Assembly: GCA_965248755.1 (NCBI GenBank)
Contig: OZ252149.1
Location: forward strand, 1,664,001-1,728,000
From: Candidatus Latescibacterota bacterium
GTDB lineage: Bacteria > Latescibacterota > CBDEFO01
DNA length: 64,000 nucleotides
Direction: 5' to 3'
Below the pieces are notes generated by a model. The model was given only the letters and a program-made list of their open reading frames with translations. It made no database searches and was not told the origin of the DNA. The stretch's first letter is position 1, and the number at the start of each line of letters is the position of its first letter. This document shows, one piece after another, positions 20,486 to 29,892 of this stretch. A program made the translations under genes and the position numbers.

Positions 20486-21447
20486 ACGCAGAGCGACGGG
20501 TCGGATTATCGTTAAAGTGGAAGACCATCATACTTGGCATAGCAGGTCTTTACTTTGTTCAGACCTATCTTCTAAGAGGGTTGGAGGCTCACCAAGCTCT
20601 CGTAGCTCTTTTGATAGCGATATTAGTATGGAAAGCTTCAAGGGAGTTTCTGTCGCATTGGTGGCCCTTTATGCTCGTGTGGGTCTTATACGACCTGACT
20701 ATGAGAGGAATCGCACAAAAGATAGCAGGACGCGTCAACGTAAAGATGCCTTACAAGATAGAGGAATTTCTCTTTTCAGACCTCTTCCAGGGCAAAATAC
20801 CTCCCTTTTGGTTTCAAGATCTAAGAGGATCTATTGACGGGACATATTTGAAGGTGGGATTGGACGTTCTATCCTCAGTGTGTTATTCTCTACATATGAT
20901 CTTTCCACTTATCGCCGCGTGGGTCCTGTGGAGAAGAGTGGAGGACAGAAAGCTGTTTCGGCAGTTTGCGCTTATATTTGCGGCAGTGAGTCTGATGGCC
21001 TTCCTAACCTATTATCTGTACCCTGCGGCACCCCCCTGGTACGTATACAGATATGGATTCGAGCAGCCGTCTTTGTCATTTTACGCCCACAGCGAGGCTT
21101 CCCTGGCCGACACAGATAAGTTTCTAGGATTTCCTCTCTTCCAGTTTGTCTACGACAACCTTAACTCCAACCAATTTGCTGCTATACCGTCCCTCCATGC
21201 TGCTTACCCTATTATCATAGCCATCTTTGCGTACAAAAAATACAAACATCCCGGTCTGCCCATAACGTTATACCCCGCAGGTGTCTGGTTTTCTGCAGTC
21301 TATCTGAATCACCACTATATAATTGACCTTCTAATCGCCCTTTTGTATGTGATTATTGCTTACCTTGCTATTGGGAAAGCACGTCTTTCAGGTCCTCAAG
21401 TTCATCTCTTGCCTTTTCAAGAGAAATCCTCTTTGAAAGCAGAATAA
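20482..21447 (+). CDS. PAP2-family membrane enzyme, inositol-phosphorylceramide-synthase (AUR1)-like
   Basis: YPAAPPWY, AAIPSLH, HHYIID motifs; multiple TM helices. Confidence 0.8.
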   Translation: MNAERRVGLSLKWKTIILGIAGLYFVQTYLLRGLEAHQALVALLIAILVWKASREFLSHWWPFMLVWVLYDLTMRGIAQKIAGRVNVKMPYKIEEFLFSDLFQGKIPPFWFQDLRGSIDGTYLKVGLDVLSSVCYSLHMIFPLIAAWVLWRRVEDRKLFRQFALIFAAVSLMAFLTYYLYPAAPPWYVYRYGFEQPSLSFYAHSEASLADTDKFLGFPLFQFVYDNLNSNQFAAIPSLHAAYPIIIAIFAYKKYKHPGLPITLYPAGVWFSAVYLNHHYIIDLLIALLYVIIAYLAIGKARLSGPQVHLLPFQEKSSLKAE

Positions 21448-22060
21448 TGTAAAGCAGGGTGAAAGTGAAAAGGCAGAGCATCAACGTGCGGGACATCGAA
21501 GGCGGAGCCCCCGCTCCCAGACCCTCCGGTCTCATCATCACGGGAAGCGGATGGAGCGTCCTCCACCACGTGACGGAGACGTGTATGACGGGCACGTCCA
21601 AAAAGCCGACGATTCCAATAACCGCTGCGAATCTTGCGCTCTTTGAATAGTCCCCTGCGTAGGCCCTGACCATAATATAGCCCACGTAGATGAGCCAGAG
21701 TATAAGCGTAGTTGTAAGCCTTGCATCCCAGACCCACCAGACGCCCCAATCGTTCTTGGCCCAGATAGGACCGGTTAAGATGACGAGTGTGCAGAAGAAG
21801 AGGCCTACCTCTGCGGAGGAGTGGGCTATTATGTCCCATTTGCGCCGCTTCTCCCAGAGATAGAGGATGCTCGTTATGAAGACTATGAAAAAGGCTAAAA
21901 ACGAAACCCACGCAGAGGGAACATGAAAGTAGAATATCTTCTGACTGAGCCCAAGCGTCCTATCCGGCGGCGTATAGATGAATATGGCCCAGAGACATAC
22001 GATCATCAGCAGAGATACAACGCCGAGCAGTATATCCATGCCGGATATTTTCCTTTCCAT
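21368..22060 (-). CDS. ccmC: Heme exporter protein C
   Basis: FYFHVP, TGPIWAK..WGVWWVWDARLT (WWD domain), WWRTLHP. Confidence 0.93.
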   Translation of the reverse strand: MERKISGMDILLGVVSLLMIVCLWAIFIYTPPDRTLGLSQKIFYFHVPSAWVSFLAFFIVFITSILYLWEKRRKWDIIAHSSAEVGLFFCTLVILTGPIWAKNDWGVWWVWDARLTTTLILWLIYVGYIMVRAYAGDYSKSARFAAVIGIVGFLDVPVIHVSVTWWRTLHPLPVMMRPEGLGAGAPPSMSRTLMLCLFTFTLLYIILLSKRISLEKARDELEDLKDVLSQ

Positions 22061-22202
22061 TTTATGTCTCTCCTCAGATTTACGGCGTCAAAAATGCAGA
22101 ATACGAAGGCCCACCGCTCAAGCTACAGCCGTTTTTTTAGCCGCCTGCTGTGCGAAATACCTCGCGGTGCAGAGCTTGCACCTGTCTTGCCAAATCCACC
22201 TG

Positions 22203-22817
22203 TTAACGGTCTATTTCACCAATCTGTTCGGCGAGCAGCAGGATCTGATTCTGATAGGTTTCCTTAGGTACGCTCCGCCCGATTCTTTCAAAGGCTCGGC
22301 GTAAGAGTCCATGAGCCTCCGCTTTGTTTCCTCGCAACAGGGCCTTGACCGCGGCAATAGCGTTCATCAAGGCGCTGTGTGTACGCGACCAGTCACTTCC
22401 TCTGGCCAAGTTATTGTTCAAGTCATACCTCGAATCCCGGTGAATCGATTTTGCGAAGATTCCAATATCCACGCGCCAGAACAGCGGTGTTCCAGCAAAT
22501 TGAACAAAGATGAGCCGATGTGTTTCTGAGTTCTGGAGGTCAGGGTCCGACCGCAATGATGCCACCGCGCAGACCTTTGAAAGATCTTCAAGGATCCCAT
22601 CTGCGCGCGAGGCGAAAAGCTCGTCCGGTACTTCCCAAGATATGTCGATATCGCTGTACTCATCCGCCCGCCCATCACCCAGCGAACCGCAAAGCCTGGC
22701 TTTAGAACCCGGTGCAGCATCTTCGAGACAGCCAAGGACTGCTTCCGCAAGAGACAATCGTAATAACGGGTCCAAATTCATTGTCAAGGTACTTGTCCTT
22801 GTCACAGAATAGCTCAT
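22203..22817 (-). CDS. Nucleotidyltransferase-domain protein, possibly truncated by a premature stop
   Basis: GSLGDGRADEYSDID polbeta-type motif; FWRVDI. Confidence 0.7.
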   Translation of the reverse strand: MSYSVTRTSTLTMNLDPLLRLSLAEAVLGCLEDAAPGSKARLCGSLGDGRADEYSDIDISWEVPDELFASRADGILEDLSKVCAVASLRSDPDLQNSETHRLIFVQFAGTPLFWRVDIGIFAKSIHRDSRYDLNNNLARGSDWSRTHSALMNAIAAVKALLRGNKAEAHGLLRRAFERIGRSVPKETYQNQILLLAEQIGEIDR

Positions 22818-22857
22818 CTAGGAATGTGTACCGGAGGTAAAAAGCTGTTAACTGCGG

Positions 22858-23535
22858 TTACTCCTCTATTACGAAGTCAAAGACTATTACGGAGACTGCC
22901 AGGAAAAGGGCTATAAAGACTACAAGGAGCTTGATCCACCTTGTTATCTCTCCAAATGCCCCACCATCCAGAATCGTGCCCGTAGCCTGTACAGAGGCGA
23001 TTACTATGGGAGAAATTACAGGGAAGAGGAGCACAGGGAGCATTACGTCCCTCATTTTGGTGTTGGCCGATATGGCGGCAAACAGGGTCCCGACACAGCA
23101 GAATCCGAGCGTCCCCAAAAGGATGATCAAAAGGAGCTGAGGCAGAACGTGGATAATAGGAACGTTTAAAAAGACCGCGAAAGGCAAGAGTGTGATAAGC
23201 TCTATTATGGTCATGAATATGAAATTGCCTACCATCTTTCCAAGATAGATTGCGCTCCTGTCCACAGGGCACAGTAGGAGCCCCTGCAGTGAGCCCGTGT
23301 CCTGCTCCTGAGCAAAAGACCTGTTCAGACCGAGCGTCCCTGAGAATATGAAGGCGACCCACAGGATTCCCGGCGCTATCTTTCTCATCTGGAGAGCACC
23401 TGTGCTAAATGAGAAGTTGAAGACTACTATAACTATCAGCGAGAAGACAAACATTGAGCTTATCTTCTCTTTAGTTCTGAGTTCTGTCAGGAGATCTTTC
23501 CAGAGGATGGTCACTATCTTTTTAAGGAAATTCAT
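22858..23535 (-). CDS. ccmB: Heme exporter protein B
   Basis: WKDL..ELR, PGILW, LLLCP, LLFP; six TM helices. Confidence 0.92.
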   Translation of the reverse strand: MNFLKKIVTILWKDLLTELRTKEKISSMFVFSLIVIVVFNFSFSTGALQMRKIAPGILWVAFIFSGTLGLNRSFAQEQDTGSLQGLLLCPVDRSAIYLGKMVGNFIFMTIIELITLLPFAVFLNVPIIHVLPQLLLIILLGTLGFCCVGTLFAAISANTKMRDVMLPVLLFPVISPIVIASVQATGTILDGGAFGEITRWIKLLVVFIALFLAVSVIVFDFVIEE

Positions 23536-23634
23536 CTTGTGCTTTACTGTTTACTGGGCGTGTCAGACAGGAATGTCTGACCCACCACACATAGGTTCGC
23601 CCCTACATGCCTTTCCCTGTCTACTGTATGCTGT

Positions 23635-24357
23635 CTACTGTTCTTTGACGTGCTGACGATATATCTCTTTAAAGTCTTCTAATTTGTCCCCATCAGCTTC
23701 CATCGTCCTTTGATGATAAACGAATTTTCCTCTTGCTAGTATAGCCGCCCTATCGGAAAGCTGAAGTCCCTTTTCCATATTGTGAGTTGCCATTATTATA
23801 GTTCTTTTGCCTTTTTTGAGATCCTCTAAGATGTCTGTGAACGTCTCGGAGGCGTTCTGGTCAAGTCCTGTATAGGGTTCGTCTAAAAGGAGTATAGGAG
23901 GAGAGTGAAGAAGGGCTCTTGCAATTGAGAGCCTCTGCTTTTGTCCCCTTGAGAAGGCCGATACTCTGTCGTCCTTCCTGTGGGACATTCCGATCTGTTC
24001 AAGTGACAAAGAGATCCTTTCACCCAGGTCGGACACATCGTACATCGCGCCGTAGAACCTCAAGTTCTCCTCTGCTGTAAGCTCCTCGTAGAGAAAGCTA
24101 TTGTGGGATATTACTCCGATTTGTGCTCTCATCTTCGCAGGATCGCGCCCGAGATCAATTCCGTTTATATAGACCTTTCCCTCTGTGGGCTTTGAAGAAG
24201 CTGAGATGAGATTGACAAGCGTAGTCTTGCCCGCTCCGTTGGGACCGAAGATGGCAAGAAACTCCCCTTTATCCAGCTGGAGGTCTATTTGGCTTAAAGC
24301 CTTGATTTTTCCGAAGGTCTTGGAGAGGTTGACTACGTTGATAGCGGGTCGGTCCAT
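23635..24357 (-). CDS. ccmA: Heme ABC exporter ATP-binding protein
   Basis: GPNGAGKTT, FSRGQKQR, LLDEPYTGLD; ccm context. Confidence 0.9.
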   Translation of the reverse strand: MDRPAINVVNLSKTFGKIKALSQIDLQLDKGEFLAIFGPNGAGKTTLVNLISASSKPTEGKVYINGIDLGRDPAKMRAQIGVISHNSFLYEELTAEENLRFYGAMYDVSDLGERISLSLEQIGMSHRKDDRVSAFSRGQKQRLSIARALLHSPPILLLDEPYTGLDQNASETFTDILEDLKKGKRTIIMATHNMEKGLQLSDRAAILARGKFVYHQRTMEADGDKLEDFKEIYRQHVKEQ

Positions 24358-24401
24358 CGGGACTCCCGAAAAGTATCGATGGGAAGAAAAGTAGAGTGTG
24401 G

Positions 24402-24923
24402 TTAGGTGGTCTGGCTCTCTGCATCTGTTTGTAACTTGGCCCCGCAGTTAGCGCAGAATTGGTCTTTCTTATCGTATGGATCTCCGCAGGCTGGACAGAT
24501 GCTGTCAAGCTTGAATCCACAGTTAGCGCAGTAGTTGTGATTCGATGTGTTCTCCCTGTGGCACTGGGGACAGATGATATGTCTCTTCCCAGGGGTAGGA
24601 GTATGAGCCTTGCGCCTCTTGCGCCTGCCATTTAGCCTGTCTATTTCCTGAAGGATGGCCGCGGCTTCGAGCTTGTATTCGTTCACAACTTGTCGATGAT
24701 CTTCTTCCAGGAGCTTGCCCATACTAAGGTCGAAGTTGGCGTCTTTTATGGATGCGTATATCTGCTCCTTGCGGATGGCAAGATCTGCAAGCCCGTCCTT
24801 TAAGGTGGAGCCTTCTTCAGCTCCTGACGGCCTCTTGGATAGAAGGGGATAGCTGACGAATGCTAAGACTGCAGCGCCTATTACTGTGTAAAATACGAGT
24901 AACATATCGGGTTCTATGTGCAA
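24402..24923 (-). CDS. CcmI-like N-terminal TM/coiled-coil protein with C-terminal double zinc ribbon
   Basis: TM helix, DLSMGKL..EDH; CPQC, CANC, CPAC, CANC. Confidence 0.7.
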   Translation of the reverse strand: MHIEPDMLLVFYTVIGAAVLAFVSYPLLSKRPSGAEEGSTLKDGLADLAIRKEQIYASIKDANFDLSMGKLLEEDHRQVVNEYKLEAAAILQEIDRLNGRRKRRKAHTPTPGKRHIICPQCHRENTSNHNYCANCGFKLDSICPACGDPYDKKDQFCANCGAKLQTDAESQTT

Positions 24924-24929
24924 AGAGAA

Positions 24930-25421
24930 CTATTCGAATTCATCAAGTTCGCGTTCAACTCTTTCTATATACTCGGAATCAGGGATTTCGCCCCTTTTAG
25001 GGCGACTCGATCCGGCCACAGAGTCGGAATTCGACCTCTGGGCGCTCTTTTTCCATCTGACAACCAGACCCCTTAATAATACTCCGCCCAATATTAAAGC
25101 GACAAAAGGCATTGCCCAGGCGGTCAGGTTGAAGCCCGTCTTTGTAGGGGCTGCAAGCACCGCTTCGCCAAATTTATCTACATAAAGGGCTACTATTCTC
25201 TCCTTCGAGTAACCCTTTATGATCAGTTGATCTATCTGTGTTGCTTCACTTTGGGACCATCCGCAGTCGGCTTTGTTGATGCAAGCGCTCAGGATCAGGT
25301 TTCCGCATCCGCCGCATTGGCAGGCAAGTTCATCAGCCACTTCTTTGGTCTCGACGGCGATGAGCCAAGACGGAACCAAAAAGGGCAGCAATATAAGTGT
25401 AAACACTATATTCTTTGCCAT
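24930..25421 (-). CDS. ccmH: Cytochrome c-type biogenesis protein CcmH-like
   Basis: Signal peptide, LACQC, KFGEAVLAAP, C-terminal TM. Confidence 0.8.
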   Translation of the reverse strand: MAKNIVFTLILLPFLVPSWLIAVETKEVADELACQCGGCGNLILSACINKADCGWSQSEATQIDQLIIKGYSKERIVALYVDKFGEAVLAAPTKTGFNLTAWAMPFVALILGGVLLRGLVVRWKKSAQRSNSDSVAGSSRPKRGEIPDSEYIERVERELDEFE

Positions 25422-25454
25422 TGATAATCACCTCTTTAACTTACAACACTTGCG

Positions 25455-27491
25455 TCACTTAACCAATGAGACCTTCGTCTTCCTTTTCTCCGTTATCTGC
25501 ACCTTCGTTTTATCTCTTCTTATCTTCTCGCGAGGATCTATATCCTCTTTTTCCGGGTACATTGTGATGATTGTACCCAGGATCAACACGACACCGCCTA
25601 TCCAGAGCCACATGACCAGCGGATTGATGAAGGCGTTGAATATGGCCTGTCCTGACTCTGGGTCGAGCTGAGCAAGGACTATGTAGAGGTCTTCCTTTAG
25701 CGTGGAACGGATGGCAACCGCCGTCTGAGGCTGGACGTCCTGTCTTGTGGAATGGAAGAAGTATTTTCTCGGATGCAGTACGTCAATCCTCTCTCCATCT
25801 TTGTGGACAGAAATAGTCGTAGATTGGACGTCTTTATCGGGGTCTTCGTAGGTTGAGAACTTGTCGTAATGGAGTGTGTAGTTTCTGAGCTGCATCTTAT
25901 CACCTGTTTGGAGGAGCTGACCTGTGATCTCAGTTCTGAAGGCGTTTCCAGCGATGGACATAAATATAAGGACGATCCCGATGTGGACTATATAACCTCC
26001 ATATCTCCTCCTGTTCTTCCAGACAAGGTTCCAGAGAGCTTGAGCATACGTCTCGTTGTTAGAAATGTGTCTTGCTCTTACCCCCCTGTAGAATTCGCTG
26101 ACTATTGAAGCGGTGACAAATACGCACAGCGTGAAGGAGACAAGGGCGTACCAGTTGGTGATTTTAAGGGCTAAGAAGATGGGAATCGCAAGCAGAGCCA
26201 CTACAGTCGGATAGAGGAAGTGCCTTTTGAGGTTTTTTACAGATGTCCTGCGCCAGGCCAACAGGGGACCTGCTCCTGTAAGGAAGAGTAAAATGATACC
26301 TATGGGAAGGGTAATCTGGTTGAAAAACGGGGCTCCGACAGTGATCTTAACTCCCTTTACGGCTTCTGATATGATGGGGAAGATGGTGCCCCAGAACACT
26401 GCAAAAAATGCACCGACCAGTATTAGGTTGTTGACCATAAATCCCATCTCTCTGGAGACGAAGGATTCTAAATGGTTTCGGCTCTTAAGTTGTGGGAATC
26501 GGTAAGCGACAAGGGCAAAAGCAAAGGCAAAAATCGCTATTATGATGGCCAAAAAATAGTATCCTATTGAGGATTCAGCGAAGGTGTGAACAGAGTTGAC
26601 TATACCGCTCCTTGTGAGGAATGTCCCGAAGATGCACATAGTGAACGTGAGGATAATAAGTATCATGTTCCAGATTTTGAGCATACTTTTCTTTTCCTGT
26701 ATCATCACAGAGTGGAGAAAGGCCGTACCCAGAAGCCAGGGCATCAACGCTGAATTTTCCACAGGGTCCCAACCCCAGTATCCGCCCCATCCGATCACGA
26801 CGTACGCCCAGTTTGCGCCGAGAAGCAGTCCACAGGCCAGCAAGAACCAGGAGAAGATAGACCATTTTCTGGTGGTCTTGATCCAGGCGTTTCCGAGGTT
26901 TCCAGTTATGAGGGCTGCCATGGCAAAGGCAAAAGGAACGGTGAATCCCGAATATCCCAGAAAGACCATAGGAGGATGGATAGCCATCGCAGGATACTGA
27001 AGGAGCGGGTTCATGCCCTGTCCGTCAGGAGGCGTAAATGGGAGTTTATCAAAGGGATTGGACGTTGCAATATTTATGAACATAAAGCAGGCGACTACTC
27101 CCATGATAACGGCTGTGACATAGGGCATAAGGTCTCTGTTTTTGTGTCTATTAAGCACTATTGCCATGAATGCAAAAAGGGATATGAACCACTCCCACAT
27201 AAGGAGAGATCCTTCGTGTCCTGCCCAGAAAGCCGCAAACACATAGGGTAGGGACTGTGTGCTGTTGGAGTGGCTGGCCACGTATTCCACCTGAAAGTCT
27301 CCTATCAGGAAGGAATACACAAGACATAGAGACGCCAACGTCAACAGGCCAAAGACGGCCTTCGCGGCGTTTTGAGCGCTTTTTACAAGGTCGTCTTTCC
27401 TCAATCTGTCTCCGAGTACACATATCAAAATGGAGTACAAAGAAAGGATGAACGCCAACGTGAGTGAAAAAGATCCGATGTCTGCTGCCAT
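25455..27491 (-). CDS. ccmF: Heme lyase CcmF/NrfE
   Basis: HPP, WAY..GWGGYWGWDPVEN, LTRSG..SVHTF. Confidence 0.96.
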   Translation of the reverse strand: MAADIGSFSLTLAFILSLYSILICVLGDRLRKDDLVKSAQNAAKAVFGLLTLASLCLVYSFLIGDFQVEYVASHSNSTQSLPYVFAAFWAGHEGSLLMWEWFISLFAFMAIVLNRHKNRDLMPYVTAVIMGVVACFMFINIATSNPFDKLPFTPPDGQGMNPLLQYPAMAIHPPMVFLGYSGFTVPFAFAMAALITGNLGNAWIKTTRKWSIFSWFLLACGLLLGANWAYVVIGWGGYWGWDPVENSALMPWLLGTAFLHSVMIQEKKSMLKIWNMILIILTFTMCIFGTFLTRSGIVNSVHTFAESSIGYYFLAIIIAIFAFAFALVAYRFPQLKSRNHLESFVSREMGFMVNNLILVGAFFAVFWGTIFPIISEAVKGVKITVGAPFFNQITLPIGIILLFLTGAGPLLAWRRTSVKNLKRHFLYPTVVALLAIPIFLALKITNWYALVSFTLCVFVTASIVSEFYRGVRARHISNNETYAQALWNLVWKNRRRYGGYIVHIGIVLIFMSIAGNAFRTEITGQLLQTGDKMQLRNYTLHYDKFSTYEDPDKDVQSTTISVHKDGERIDVLHPRKYFFHSTRQDVQPQTAVAIRSTLKEDLYIVLAQLDPESGQAIFNAFINPLVMWLWIGGVVLILGTIITMYPEKEDIDPREKIRRDKTKVQITEKRKTKVSLVK

Positions 27492-27492
27492 A

Positions 27493-27918
27493 CTAATTCC
27501 TATATGATGATGAGTCTGTGGCGGCCTCGTGTTCTTTATAGTCCTGTCCTTCGTACTTGGAAGGACATTTGGCCATTACGGTTTCGGCCTCGAAGGTCCT
27601 GTCTGTGTAATACCTGCCCTCAGCCACGACCTCTACTCCGTCTTTGAAAGTATCAGGGACTACGCCTGTGTAAGTGATGGGTATCCTTCTGTCATCCTGG
27701 GCGATCACAAACTGCATCTTGAGACTGTTGAGACTCTTTTGAATTGAGCCGTCCACGACGTTCCCAACCACGCGTAGCGTTTTATCGTAGACAGGAGCAG
27801 CTTCAAGCTCCTCTATTGTTACATAATAGACCATCGTCTTTTCAAAGCCCGTATAGATGAGATAGAAAAGGGCTATAATGACCACGCCGAGACTGATGTA
27901 GTATTTAGCTTGCTTCAT
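27493..27918 (-). CDS. ccmE: Heme chaperone CcmE (CxxxY variant)
   Basis: YTGVVPDTF, AKCPSKY in place of KHDENY. Confidence 0.9.
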   Translation of the reverse strand: MKQAKYYISLGVVIIALFYLIYTGFEKTMVYYVTIEELEAAPVYDKTLRVVGNVVDGSIQKSLNSLKMQFVIAQDDRRIPITYTGVVPDTFKDGVEVVAEGRYYTDRTFEAETVMAKCPSKYEGQDYKEHEAATDSSSYRN

Positions 27919-27930
27919 GTTGACATCCTT

Positions 27931-28159
27931 TTATCGTTCTTGCATTTGTGGGCTGACTTCCAGCTCTTTGCATTGCTCATAATCCGCAAAATCGTCGTAA
28001 TAACTACACAAAACCTTGATCGCGTCTCCTGGGCCTCTTGCTGGTAGTCCAGATCCGCTTCTTCGTGGAAAACGTCTCCAAGTCAAACGAATTCCAGTTG
28101 GCAGATGAAGTGTCAAACTACAAATCGTCCACCATGTCCTGCAGGCATACTCGCGCCAT
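27931..28159 (-). pseudogene. Probable 5' remnant of a type III restriction (Res) helicase gene
   Basis: GAGGAG RBS; MARVCLQDMVDDL*FDTSSANWNSFDLETFSTKKRIW / DYQQEA / AIKVLCSYYDDFADY resembles the N-terminus of Res subunits as I recall them; stop and frameshifts. Confidence 0.55.
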
Positions 28160-28163
28160 CTCC

Positions 28164-28508
28164 TCACTCGGCTTTCGTCAAAATGTCTTCAATGTGAGGA
28201 AGAATGTCCGGGAGTTGCTCTTTGGCGATCGTCCACACAATCTCATAGTCGATGCCAAAGTAGTGATGGATCATTTTATCTCTTACGCCAGCCAGGTCTC
28301 TCCATGGAATCTGGCTGTAGGTCTTTCTCAGGTGACTGGATAGATTCTTCGTCGCTTCACCGATGACCTCAAGATTGCGAACGACTGCATCCTGAGTCTT
28401 GATGTCTTTCATAAACTGCTCGAAGGTCAGGCCCGCGCTATATATCACAATTCTCCGCATCGCCTCAAGGATATCACTCAGATAGTCCCCGTTTCTTCGC
28501 TCAGACAT
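28164..28508 (-). CDS. HEPN/DUF86 (HepT-like) ribonuclease toxin
   Basis: DAVVRNLEVIGEA, RDKMIHHY (Rx4H). Confidence 0.92.
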   Translation of the reverse strand: MSERRNGDYLSDILEAMRRIVIYSAGLTFEQFMKDIKTQDAVVRNLEVIGEATKNLSSHLRKTYSQIPWRDLAGVRDKMIHHYFGIDYEIVWTIAKEQLPDILPHIEDILTKAE

Positions 28509-28824
28509 AGCTCAGGGTGCTTTCGATGTTGGAAGCAATGTCTCTGTATCTGGGATTTTCAATGCTCCTGTGCAGGGTATCCAAGGTGGCCAGGTCCACT
28601 TTCCTGCCCAGCGCCTCCTCAAGATGATAGGCAAGTTCGACAAACTCCAGGCCAAGAGGTCTTACGAGCTGGACAAGGATGTCAATATCACTTTTTTTGG
28701 TAGGATCACCCTTCGCAAACGAGCCGTAGATAGCTATCCTTACCACGCCGTATTCACCTCGCAAATACGGCAGTTCCTCTCTCAATATTTGCAAGACTTT
28801 TTCTTTGGTCAGAGTATCTTTCAC
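28501..28824 (-). CDS. Minimal nucleotidyltransferase (MNT/MntA-like) antitoxin
   Basis: YGSFAKG..SDIDILV, GRKVDL. Confidence 0.92.
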   Translation of the reverse strand: MKDTLTKEKVLQILREELPYLRGEYGVVRIAIYGSFAKGDPTKKSDIDILVQLVRPLGLEFVELAYHLEEALGRKVDLATLDTLHRSIENPRYRDIASNIESTLSYV

Positions 28825-28948
28825 GCCCTCACCACCAGATCAACGGTTTGATGAGTCCGTAGTCCAAATTCTCGCCGTCGATTTTGACAGCATTTGAAGT
28901 TATACCTTAGGCTTATCAAATCAGTATTCTTACATGAAATTTAGCTTG

Positions 28949-29281
28949 TTAGGAATTTCGTTTTATTTGTTTCTTGACTGTTGTAAGCTCATCTGTAACA
29001 ATTTGCCATATGATGCGGGGACTCACATCAAAATACTCATGAGCAATTCTATTTCTCAGTCCGACGACACCTTGCCAATCTATCTCTGGATATTTCCTCT
29101 AGATTTCTTGGGGCATAAACTTCGATGCTTCACCGATGATCTCAAAGTTTCTCACTACCGCATCTATCGTTTTTCTATCCTGTTGGAAATCAGCAAACTC
29201 CATATGCTCAGTATATTTTTGGATTAACTCAATAGATTCTAAAATATCCTCCACGTAGAGTCGCCATTCTCTTTTAGACAT
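28949..29281 (-). pseudogene. HEPN/DUF86 toxin pseudogene
   Basis: In-frame TAG at 29099-29101, continuing RKYPEIDWQGVVGLRNRIAHEYFDV, then a frameshift. Confidence 0.88.
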
Positions 29282-29564
29282 ACGTTAAATCTTCTTTGAT
29301 ATATTTCCATCTGTTAGGTTTAATACCATCCTGCGTCACTAAATCAACCTTCACTCCTAATGCTTCTTCCAAAAAGTCCGCCAGATGAATGAACAGAAAC
29401 CCAACAGGCTCCCTAAACTTTACCAAAATATCGAGGTCACTTTTTTCATCTTGGTCATCTCTAACATAGGAGCCAAAGATGGCAATTTCTTTGACCTTGT
29501 ATTTCTCCTCCAACTCTTGTCTGTGCTGTTTGATGACTTCTCTAATTTCTTCTACATTTTTCAT
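29274..29564 (-). CDS. Minimal nucleotidyltransferase (MNT) antitoxin
   Basis: FGSYVR..SDLDILV, GVKVDLV. Confidence 0.92.
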   Translation of the reverse strand: MKNVEEIREVIKQHRQELEEKYKVKEIAIFGSYVRDDQDEKSDLDILVKFREPVGFLFIHLADFLEEALGVKVDLVTQDGIKPNRWKYIKEDLTYV

Positions 29565-29863
29565 ATCCTTACCACCGACTCAAGAGTTCGATAAGTCTGC
29601 AGTCCAAATTCTTGATGTCCACCGTTTCACGAGATCCAAATTCCACACGGTTTCGCAATGTCCTGGAGCTTGTGGCCAAAAGGTTTAAATAGCCGGAATC
29701 ACCTTCCACGCATGATCTGGATTAAAGATCTGAGTATAAATTATAGCAAATATAAGAGCAAAAGCCAAGTGAAATCTGGTGAGAGGGTTCAGAAAAGCAA
29801 AAAGGTAGGCATGGTCGCAAGAAAAGGTCAGAACAGAGGGAGGGAAAGCGGTGCCCTGTCTAC

Positions 29864-29884
29864 CCCCGATTGAGTCTATCGGGG
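29864..29884. repeat. Dispersed 21-bp palindrome, copy 3 (reverse orientation)
   Basis: CCCCGATTGAGTCTATCGGGG. Confidence 0.8.
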
Positions 29885-29892
29885 ATCGGGGG

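Noticed and set aside
29099..29101. Pyrrolysine readthrough at in-frame TAGs (HEPN; also CBM9 at 33202)
   Set aside because: Both genes carry other inactivating lesions and no pyl genes are seen
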